Assembly: GCA_046545795.1 (NCBI GenBank)
Contig: JBKGZD010000001.1
Coordinates: 1 to 57,320, forward strand
DNA: 57,320 bases
Reading direction: 5' to 3'
DNA from: Bacteroidales bacterium
GTDB taxonomy: Bacteria; Bacteroidota; Bacteroidia; Bacteroidales; UBA12077
Shown: positions 33,138-42,300 of the stretch, one piece after another
Numbering within the stretch: the stretch's first letter is position 1
Layout of the letters: every line of letters begins with the position of its first letter
The notes under the pieces: generated by a model
What the model was told of the DNA's origin: nothing
Database searches by the model: none
The model's input: only the letters and a program-made list of their open reading frames with translations
Made by a program: the position numbers and the translations under genes

Positions 33138-33586
33138 AACTTCGACTATTAAGGTAATGTTAGCAAATTCTTTTAATAAAAGATTGCAAATTTGAGATAA
33201 ATGATTGTAATTAAAAAAGATTTGGTTGTATATTAATTAACAAAGTTAATTCAAATCAAACGTTGATTAATAAAATATTGCCTCTTTCATGAAAATAATT
33301 CGCTATCCAACATTAAAAGCGGATAAACAAATATTCATTTATATTTTAATTAATACAATGAATCTTAGTCAAAAATTGAAAGCTACGCTTACAAACCACT
33401 AAAAATTAAATTTTATCTTTGTAGTTAAATAAATTCAAGCCATGATTAATATACGAAATGTCCATATGACCTTTAAAAAATTAAATATAACCATATGAAA
33501 TATTCCTGACTCTGATAGTATTATTATATAGCAATTAAAACAAAATCAATGATTAAATCCACAAATAAACAATAAACCCTATTCTG

Positions 33587-34009
33587 ATGAGAATTGCAGT
33601 AGATTTTGATGGAACGATAGTTGAAAACAAATACCCCGAAATAGGGAAACCAAAATTATTTGCTTTCGAAACACTAAAAGAATTACAAAAACGTGGTATT
33701 TTGCTCATTTTATGGACATACAGGAGTGGAAAAGAACTACAGGAAGCTGTAGATTTCTGCAAAAAAAACGGAATTGAATTTTATGCTGTAAATAAAAATT
33801 ATCCAGAAGAACAATACGACTCAAGCATTAGCCGAAAAATAGATGCAGATATTTATATTGATGATAAAAATCTGGGGGGATTCCCGGGTTGGAGTAAGGC
33901 TTGGGAGATTCTCAATCCTGAGATATATGGCAATGAACCATTCAAAAAAATGAAAATGGAAAAGAGATCGTTTTTAAAAAAAATTTTAGGAATTAAAATA
34001 TACATATAA
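33587..34009 (+). CDS. Small cap-less HAD-superfamily phosphatase-like protein
   Basis: 140-aa ORF with HAD motif I (VDFDGT), motif II Thr (LWTYRS) and motif IV (YIDDK). The substrate is unknown. Confidence 0.6.
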   Translation: MRIAVDFDGTIVENKYPEIGKPKLFAFETLKELQKRGILLILWTYRSGKELQEAVDFCKKNGIEFYAVNKNYPEEQYDSSISRKIDADIYIDDKNLGGFPGWSKAWEILNPEIYGNEPFKKMKMEKRSFLKKILGIKIYI

Positions 34010-34010
34010 A

Positions 34011-35102
34011 ATGAAAAAGATTATCAGTCTAATTATTGTAGCCCTCATTTTCTCAGTATCATGCAGAACCGAGAAAGCAGATAAAGAAGATAAAAGTACC
34101 TCAAAAAAAGAACAACCCGAAAAGAAAAAGCAGCCCAGGGTTACAAAACTAATTCTAGATGGAGGCCATAAATATACAATAGGCGATAACATCGAATTCC
34201 AAATTGAATACCCTGATAGTCTTCAGCTTGATTCCATAAAAATACTTATCAATAATCAAACAGAAGAAGTAATTTACGAAGAGAAGGCAGAAATCCCTTC
34301 TGAAAAATTGCCGGTGGGCACCAATAATTTGCGATTCGAAGTATTTCTACAGGATAAAGATAAAGAAGTTTTATACAAACGTCTTGAATTCAAATCTGAT
34401 ATCGAACCGAAACTTCTGTCATGTAACATTAAAGATACCTACCCTCATGATTCCCAGGCTTATACACAGGGATTGTTTTATGAAAATGGTTATTTATATG
34501 AAGGAACAGGTCAAAAAGGGCAGTCTTCTCTCAGGAAAATCAACCTGGAAAGTGGGGAACTTATAAGCTCCAGGGCATTACCGAATCAGTATTTTGGAGA
34601 AGGAATAACCGCATATAAAGATAAAATTATACAACTCACATGGACTTCCAGAGTTGGATTTATTTATGACAAAGAGGAATTTAAATTGTTAAGGAAAGTA
34701 AGATATTCCACTGAAGGCTGGGGTCTAACAACAGATGGGGAGAAATTATTCATGAGTGATGGCAGTGAAAAGATTTACATACTCAATCCCGAAAATTTTT
34801 CTGAAATTGATAGGTTCGAAGTTTATGACAATGAAGGCCCCATTGAGAATTTAAATGAATTAGAATATGTAGATGGGAAAATATATGCAAATGTTTGGCA
34901 AGAAGACTATATCATAAGTTTCAATCCTGAAAATGGTAAAGTGCTGGAAAAAATTGACTGTAGTAATTTAGTCCCCGAAAAATTTAAAGGCCACCATGAT
35001 TATGTATTAAATGGAATTGCTTATGACAATGAAAATGAGAGAATGTTATTAACTGGCAAAAGGTGGCCAAAAATATATCATGTGGAATTCTCCGGTTTAT
35101 AG
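34011..35102 (+). CDS. Glutaminyl-peptide cyclotransferase (beta-propeller, plant/bacterial type I) lipoprotein with an extra N-terminal domain
   Basis: 363-aa ORF. Lipoprotein-like signal (LIFSVSC). An Ig-like N-terminal segment of about 100 aa precedes a QC propeller (YPHDSQAYTQGLFYENGYLYEGTGQKGQSSLRKINLESGE). It starts 1 nt after the upstream stop. Confidence 0.85.
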   Translation: MKKIISLIIVALIFSVSCRTEKADKEDKSTSKKEQPEKKKQPRVTKLILDGGHKYTIGDNIEFQIEYPDSLQLDSIKILINNQTEEVIYEEKAEIPSEKLPVGTNNLRFEVFLQDKDKEVLYKRLEFKSDIEPKLLSCNIKDTYPHDSQAYTQGLFYENGYLYEGTGQKGQSSLRKINLESGELISSRALPNQYFGEGITAYKDKIIQLTWTSRVGFIYDKEEFKLLRKVRYSTEGWGLTTDGEKLFMSDGSEKIYILNPENFSEIDRFEVYDNEGPIENLNELEYVDGKIYANVWQEDYIISFNPENGKVLEKIDCSNLVPEKFKGHHDYVLNGIAYDNENERMLLTGKRWPKIYHVEFSGL

Positions 35103-35106
35103 AAAC

Positions 35107-35703
35107 CTAATTCAATTTTTGGCCGATAAGTTGTATTATTTCAGCTTTCCCCTTATGAAAATAACCTTCATATCTTTCTTTGGTTATTTCTTTATAGTGG
35201 ATAATCTCTAAACCTGTCAAATCATCTAATAAATCTTGTCCACTATACAACATATCTTCATTTCGGGGTCCCCCTGTATCCTGGTTAATCTGATTTTTTG
35301 AAAAAGCCTCAATTAAGAAATATCCTCCTGGTTTTAAATATTCAATTAACTTTGTATGTACTTGTTTTCTTGTATTAGAGGGTAGATGGAGAAAAATAAT
35401 GGCTATAAGATCAAATTTCTCTTTAGTTGAAAACTCTTCTATTGAGGATATAGAGTAATTTATTTCCACGTTATACTCTTGTGCCAATTTTTCTGCTTTC
35501 TCTTTAGCTTTACTACTAAAATCAAATGCTGTAACGTTCCATCTTTTTAGTGCAGCATAAACACTATTCCTCCCCTCCCCATCTGCTGGCAGTAAAACGC
35601 TACCAGGCTTAAGGGTGTCAATAAATTCTTTAAAAAATTCATTTGGGCTTCTACCATATACATATTCTTTGGTATCAAACCGCTCGTCCCAAAAATGCTG
35701 CAT
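35107..35703 (-). CDS. Class I SAM-dependent methyltransferase (TehB/TPMT-like)
   Basis: 198-aa ORF with a motif I variant (VLLPADGEGRNSVYAA) and motif post-I (VTAFDFS). Confidence 0.7.
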   Translation of the reverse strand: MQHFWDERFDTKEYVYGRSPNEFFKEFIDTLKPGSVLLPADGEGRNSVYAALKRWNVTAFDFSSKAKEKAEKLAQEYNVEINYSISSIEEFSTKEKFDLIAIIFLHLPSNTRKQVHTKLIEYLKPGGYFLIEAFSKNQINQDTGGPRNEDMLYSGQDLLDDLTGLEIIHYKEITKERYEGYFHKGKAEIIQLIGQKLN

Positions 35704-35836
35704 AATTCCTTCAAATTAACATATTACTGAAAGTAATACATAAAAAAATACTTTAAAGGTTAATATTAACATAATTTATCCTTAAATCAAAATGAAAAGA
35801 ACATCTAAAACCAAATAAATTAGAAATTTGTGTTTA

Positions 35837-37066
35837 TTATAAATAATCAATAGGATCATCAACTACTGCTGTGAAAGGTGCAATTGCCCTATTGTAAATT
35901 CCCTGAACATAAGCTATAGCCATGCCGTAGTTTGTTACCGGAACTCCTGCATCTACCGCTGGTTTAATACGATTGATCAACTGTTTTCTGGTAATCATAC
36001 ATCCTCCACATTGTATTACCAATGCGTATTTTTGTATTTCTGAAGGCAATTCATCCAAACCTGCTACCACATCATATTGCAGTTCTTTTCCTGTAAAATT
36101 TGTAATCCACCGAGGTATTTTTACCCGCCCGATATCATCACATGAAACATGATGAGAGCATGACTCAAGCAAAAGAACTTTATCCCCATCTTTTAATTCC
36201 GAAATTTTCGGAGTGCCCTTTAAATAATTATCAAAATCACCTTTATACCTTGCCAGTACAATGCTAAAGCTAGTCAGAGGTATTCCCCTGGGAATAGAAG
36301 CATCTGCTTTTGAAAATATCTGGCTGTCCGTAATAGCCAGGGCTGGTTTTATATCAGTTGTTCTTAAAAATGTATCCACCTCTCTTTCTTTAACCACTAT
36401 ACTTACAGCATCATTATCCAAAATATCCCGGATCATTTGTACTTGAGGCAAAATGAGCCTTCCTGCCGGAGCCTCAATATCTATGGGAGTAATGAGAAGT
36501 ACAATATCCCCATAATTAATCAAATCACCAATTAGAGAAGGATTGGTATAAGCGGATTCAGGGATTTTCTTTCTAATTGACTTCAGTATAATATTTTCAT
36601 CATCTGAATTCACCACACTAAAATCAATTACCTCAACCTGATATTGCTTTTGAACATGTTCTTTTAGCTGCTGGTTAACAGATTCAATATCAGCTTTATT
36701 ATGAATTATAATGAATGGTGTGGAAGTTTTTCGGAACTCCTCTATAAGACTTTCCTCAAAATTACCAAAAATATTATGCGTAATAACAAGAATACCCAAA
36801 TCAATAGTTTTCACCGATGCTTTGGTTTTTGCAACTCTTTTCTCCCCCAGTTCACCCATATCATCAATACCTGCTGTATCTACCAGTACTACTGGTCCGA
36901 AACCTGTAATTTCAAATGATTTCTTCACGGGGTCAGTTGTTGTTCCTGCATAATCAGACACAATGGCAATATCTTGATCTGCCAGTCTGTTAATCAATGA
37001 ACTTTTGCCCGCATTTCTTCTTCCATATATGCCAATGTGTGGTTTAGATTCTTTTCCTTTAGTCAT
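35837..37066 (-). CDS. hydF: HydF-like [FeFe]-hydrogenase H-cluster maturation GTPase
   Basis: 409-aa ORF with G1 GRRNAGKSS, G3 DTAG, G4 NKAD and a C-terminal CSH-x46-QCGGC cluster-binding motif. This is the HydF CxH...HCxxC signature with a His-to-Gln change. Confidence 0.75.
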   Translation of the reverse strand: MTKGKESKPHIGIYGRRNAGKSSLINRLADQDIAIVSDYAGTTTDPVKKSFEITGFGPVVLVDTAGIDDMGELGEKRVAKTKASVKTIDLGILVITHNIFGNFEESLIEEFRKTSTPFIIIHNKADIESVNQQLKEHVQKQYQVEVIDFSVVNSDDENIILKSIRKKIPESAYTNPSLIGDLINYGDIVLLITPIDIEAPAGRLILPQVQMIRDILDNDAVSIVVKEREVDTFLRTTDIKPALAITDSQIFSKADASIPRGIPLTSFSIVLARYKGDFDNYLKGTPKISELKDGDKVLLLESCSHHVSCDDIGRVKIPRWITNFTGKELQYDVVAGLDELPSEIQKYALVIQCGGCMITRKQLINRIKPAVDAGVPVTNYGMAIAYVQGIYNRAIAPFTAVVDDPIDYL

Positions 37067-37106
37067 AATATAGTTAGTTCAAAAAATTAAGAAGTTTTAA
37101 CCGGTT

Positions 37107-38549
37107 CTATTCAATTAAATCCTGAATTTGGTATCCTAGTTTTAATAATTTTTCCGGGGAAAGAACCGATTTTAGCTTTTCCTTATTCATGTATTTCAAT
37201 TTTTCATTTGCCTGAAATATGTCAATCTTTTCATTTTTCATTAAGTACGCAATATCTGAAGCTTTATTGTACCCAATATAAGGTGTCAAAGCGGTTGTAA
37301 CCGAAGGACTGTTATATATACGTTTTAAAGCAACCTTGGGATAAATTACCATTCCCTCAATCAAGTTTTTCTGGATAGTCTCACCGGCAGCAATGAGCAG
37401 CTTCAGGCTATCAATCAAGGCATGCCCAATGACTGGGATATACGCGTTCAGCTCCAATTGTCCTTGTCCGCATAGTGAACTAATTAGTGAATCATTAGAA
37501 TAAATTTTGTGGGATGCTGAAATAACAAACTCTGGAATAACCGGATTTATTTTTCCAGGCATCACCGAACTACCGACCTGCTTTTGAGGAATTGTGATTT
37601 CTTTGAAAGATTGCATGTCGGAACTAAGGAGCCTTATGTCAGAAACAATTTTTTCAAGGTTCACAGCATGAGATTTTAATATTGCATGAACTTCTACCAG
37701 AGGATCCAGGTTTGAAGTAGGGTCTGTAAGATTTTCGCTCCTGGTAACAGGCAATCCTGTTAATCTCTGTAATGTTGGAACAACTTCCATAATCATGTAT
37801 GTTGGCACGGAAAGACCTGTTCCGATTGCACTTCCACCAATATTTACAATTTTTATCCGTTCCAATGCCTTAGAGACGCGCCACCAATCCCTTGATAAAG
37901 CGTCATTATACGCACCAAACAATTTACCAAAAGAACTGGGAACCGCCTCCTGAAGTTGGGTAAACCCCATTCTTAAATCATTCCGATAGCTTCTCTCTTT
38001 CTGCTCAAGTACAGCTCTTAAATGGTTAATTCTTTCCTCCAACTCCAGCAAAAGTTTCATTATAGTAATTTTCAATGCTGTAGGAATTACATCATTGGTA
38101 GATTGAAAAACATTGGCGTGTTCAAAAGGATCTACAAGATTATATTGCCCCGGATTCTTATCTAAAATCTGAAGTGCACGATTGGCTATAATTTCATTCA
38201 CATTCATATTAATACTTGTTCCTGCTCCTCCCTGAACTCCCGGAACAATAAAATCATCAAAACACTTCCCCTGTGATAATTCAGTGGAACTTTTTATTAA
38301 AGCGTCAATAACTTCCTCCTGGATAAAAATAAACGGTAATTTTTCGCCTGAATATTTAGATTCAACAGCTTGTTTATAGCGAAAATAAGTTTGATAAACA
38401 GCTAATTTAACTGTCGCAACGCTTTTAAACCATTCAATATGGAAGGGAGTGCGATCTGGGAAATTATGCTTAGCTCTCATGGAATGAATTCCATATAGTG
38501 CATTCTCCGGAATTTGCATCTCACCAATAACATCTTTTTCTGTACGCAT
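37107..38549 (-). CDS. Aspartate ammonia-lyase / fumarase superfamily lyase (aspartase-like)
   Basis: 480-aa ORF with the SS-loop GSSVMPGKINP, QSTNDVIPT and GFTQLQEAVP (Gln, as in aspartases). The true substrate is not established. Confidence 0.8.
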   Translation of the reverse strand: MRTEKDVIGEMQIPENALYGIHSMRAKHNFPDRTPFHIEWFKSVATVKLAVYQTYFRYKQAVESKYSGEKLPFIFIQEEVIDALIKSSTELSQGKCFDDFIVPGVQGGAGTSINMNVNEIIANRALQILDKNPGQYNLVDPFEHANVFQSTNDVIPTALKITIMKLLLELEERINHLRAVLEQKERSYRNDLRMGFTQLQEAVPSSFGKLFGAYNDALSRDWWRVSKALERIKIVNIGGSAIGTGLSVPTYMIMEVVPTLQRLTGLPVTRSENLTDPTSNLDPLVEVHAILKSHAVNLEKIVSDIRLLSSDMQSFKEITIPQKQVGSSVMPGKINPVIPEFVISASHKIYSNDSLISSLCGQGQLELNAYIPVIGHALIDSLKLLIAAGETIQKNLIEGMVIYPKVALKRIYNSPSVTTALTPYIGYNKASDIAYLMKNEKIDIFQANEKLKYMNKEKLKSVLSPEKLLKLGYQIQDLIE

Positions 38550-38769
38550 AAATTAATACCTGTCTTTAATTTTGTTCATGACTATATTCCTATATAATGA
38601 TAACGAGTTACTATAACTCATCAGTTGCTATAATTGTTTATCCTGAATTTTTAAATCAGGTATTGCACATCCAACTCTTAAAGTTCTAATAAATAAACAA
38701 ATAACCTTTCTTTAAAAATCTTTGTCAACAGAACAAAATTATATTATTTTAGCCAATTAATATTTTGCT

Positions 38770-39351
38770 ATGTACGAATTTATTAGAGGAAAGATTGAAG
38801 AAATCACGCCTGCGTATGTCATTCTAGTAAATAACAACGTAGGGTATTTTCTTAATATCACTTTAAATACTTATACTTTTTTAAGAGAAAAAGAAGAATG
38901 TTCACTGTATTTACATGAAGTTATCAGAGAAGATGCCTTTATTTTATACGGTTTCAGTGAAAAAAGTGAAAGGGAAGTATTCAGACAACTTTTATCTGTA
39001 TCAGGGATAGGTGCTAATACATCCTGTATGATATTATCATCATTAAATGTGAGTGAACTAAAAAATGCAATTATTAACGAAGAGGTAAACACTTTAAAAA
39101 ACATAAAAGGAATTGGCGCAAAATCGGCTCAGAGAATAATCGTTGATTTAAAGGATAAATTAAGCAAAGAAGAAACAAGTGAAGAAATATTTTCAGGAAT
39201 AGACAATACAATCAAAGATGAAGCGTTTTCAGCTTTAGTCACTTTAGGTTTTAATAAGAAAAAAGTAGAAAAAGTCTTAGATGATATAGTACGCAAGAAA
39301 AGTGATATAGGAGTTGAAGAATTAGTTAAAAAAGCACTATCAAAACTATAA
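38770..39351 (+). CDS. ruvA: Holliday junction branch migration complex subunit RuvA
   Basis: 193-aa ORF with an OB-fold N-terminus (MYEFIRGKI...) and HhH motifs (VSGIGANTS, IKGIGAKSAQRI). Confidence 0.93.
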   Translation: MYEFIRGKIEEITPAYVILVNNNVGYFLNITLNTYTFLREKEECSLYLHEVIREDAFILYGFSEKSEREVFRQLLSVSGIGANTSCMILSSLNVSELKNAIINEEVNTLKNIKGIGAKSAQRIIVDLKDKLSKEETSEEIFSGIDNTIKDEAFSALVTLGFNKKKVEKVLDDIVRKKSDIGVEELVKKALSKL

Positions 39352-39366
39352 CCCTTTACATAATCC

Positions 39367-42300
39367 TTGGATTTAGAAAATTATAAAATAACCAAGACAA
39401 TCATATTTGTTACATTGTGGGCTTTAGCTATCCAGGCAGAAGCTCACAATAGTTTTTTTCAGACAAATTCACTCCAGGAGTCTTTTCCCGAAAATGACAC
39501 AATTAGATTACCTTATAATTTTGAAGATGTTGAAGCATTCCCATTTTTTCAAACCAAAAAAAAATCACCCCTTTTCCTTGACTATCCTGACAACATAGAA
39601 TCTTCCTCAGAATATGACACGGAAAAAGACGAATATATACTTAAACAGCAAATTGGAGAATTTGATTATCGCCCTCCTGCCCATATAGATAGAGAGCAAT
39701 ACTGGGATTATCAATTCGAACAAATGGTAAGAGATTATTGGCGGCAAAAGGCAAGTGGTGGCGAAACTTCAGAAGAAGATGAAGGTCTGATACCCCAACT
39801 TGAACTTGGAGGGGAAGCATTTAACAGACTTTTCGGTAGTAACACAATAAATATTGTACCCCAGGGAGCAGCAGAATTAATCTTCGGGGTGAACATAAAC
39901 AGGGTTGATGATCCAAAACTGTCTGAAAAACTCAGAAAAACAACCACCTTTGACTTTGAAGAAAGAATTCAGATGAATGTGAGTGGAACCATCGGGGATA
40001 AAATAAAACTCGGGATTAATTATGACACAGAAGCCACTTTCGACTTTGAAAACCAAACAAACTTAGAATATAGCGGTGATGAAGATGAAATCATACAAGA
40101 AATAGAAGCCGGTAATGTTTCTTTACCACTTCCCGGGTCATTAATAACAGGAAGTCAGAGCCTATTTGGACTAAAAACAAAATTAAAATTTGGGAATTTA
40201 GATGTCTCCACTGTATTTTCTCAGCAAGAAGGACAAAGCCAGGTAATTCAACTTAAAGGAGGTGCGAAAACACAGGACTTTGAAATTAAGGCTGATGAAT
40301 ATGATGAAAACAGACACTTCTTCTTGTCACATAAATTTAAGGAAAATTACGATAAAGCCCTCCGGAATCTACCTTTAGTAAGCTCTGATATTGAAATCAC
40401 AGATGTTGAAGTATGGGTGACGAATAAAAAAAGCAACTTTGAGAACTCAAGAAACATTATTGCTTTCATGGATTTAGGAGAAGAAAAACAAGAGAATGTT
40501 TTGGCTTCAGATGCTATAATAAACAATTTCAGTGGGTCTTACCCTCATAATAACGCTAACAACTTATATGAACAACTCACATCTACTTCCTTTGAAGGAA
40601 TAAGAAACATTTCAGAAACAAATAAAATTCTTGAACAATGGCAACAATATGATTTTCAACCAGGTAAAGATTTTGTTAAGCTGGAAAATGCACGCAAACT
40701 CAATGAAAACGAATATACAATAAACCGAAAACTCGGGTATATTTCACTCAAATCGGCACTCAGGAAAGATGAAGTATTAGCCGTTGCCTATGAATACAAT
40801 ACTAAAGGCTCACAAAAAAAAGTTGGAGAGCTATCCCAGGATGGAGTTAGTTCTCCTGAGGCACTAATCGTAAAAATGATTAAAGGAACGAGTTTTACAC
40901 CTAAATATCCGAACTGGGAACTGATGATGAAAAATATTTATTCTATAGACGGCTACGAGATTAACAAAGAAGGTTTTAAGATGGATATTCTGTACCAAGA
41001 CGATAGAACGGGTAATACTATTAATTATATTCCAGAAGGTAAATCCAGCGAAACATTACTCTTGCAGGTAATGAACCTGGACAATACCAATTCACAATTA
41101 GATGCAAATCCTGATGGGATGTTTGATTTTATACCAGGTGTTACAATATTACCTGAAGATGGGAAAATAATTTTTCCAGTTAGAGAACCTTTTGGTTCGC
41201 ACTTAAAAAAGCAATTTGAGAATGAGGCAATCGCTGAAAAATATATTTTCGAAGAATTATATGACTCGACCTTAACAATTGCCAGACAAACAACCGAAAA
41301 GAATAAATTTATTCTTCAGGGGGAATATGAAAGCTCTTCATCATCCGAAATTTCACTAAATGCAACAAATATACCTGAAGGATCTGTTGTAGTTACTGCC
41401 GGCGGAAGAAAGCTAACGGAAAATGAAGATTATACAGTTGATTACAATCTAGGAAGAGTAAAAATACTTGACGAATCGTTAATACAATCCAGCACTCCAA
41501 TACAAATTTCCCTGGAAAACCAGGAATCCCATAGCATGCAAAAAAAGACGATGACAGGAACACATTTAAACTATAATGTCTCAGAGGATTTTAAAATTGG
41601 AGCAACCGTTTTAAATCTAACCGAGCGTCCATTGACTAAAAAAGTAAACATTAGTGAAGAACCAATTTCCAATACAATTTGGGGATTAAACACATCTTAC
41701 AGAACAGAAACTCCTTTCCTTACCAAATTAATTGATAAATTGCCCTTCTTAGATACAAAAGAAGAATCCAGTATTTCTTTCGAAGGAGAATTTGCTCATC
41801 TTATCCCGGGACATTCAAAAGCAATAGAAAAAGAAGGGAATGCCTACATTGATGATTTTGAAGGAAGTGAAACTTCAATTGACCTTAAAAATCCTTCTGC
41901 ATGGGTATTTGCGAGTACCCCACAGGGACAGAATGAAATTTTCCCAGAGGGGTCAAAGAACAACGACTGGGCATATAACTACAACAGGGCAAAACTGGCA
42001 TGGTATCATATTGACCCACTATTCCTCAGGGAGAACAGCCCTAATATGCCTCAGTATATAAAAAGCAACCCAGATCTACGATCAAGCCACTTTGTCAGAG
42101 AAATTTTTGAAGAGGAACTTTTCCCAAACAGGGATAATCCAGCAGATATACCAGCAAGCATACAAGTTCTTAATCTTGCATATTTCCCGGACGAAAAAGG
42201 ACCTTATAATTTTGAACATTCCTCAACAGGAGAAATAGGGATATCAAGTGGCATTAACCCAGACGAAAGTTTAAAAAAACCCGAAAGTCGATGGGGTGGA

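Noticed and set aside
33289-33402. 37-aa ORF (MKIIRYPTLKADKQ...) in the pssA/HAD intergenic spacer.
   Set aside because: It has no recognisable features, it lies in AT-rich DNA where ORFs of this size are expected by chance, and there is no supporting promoter or terminator signal.
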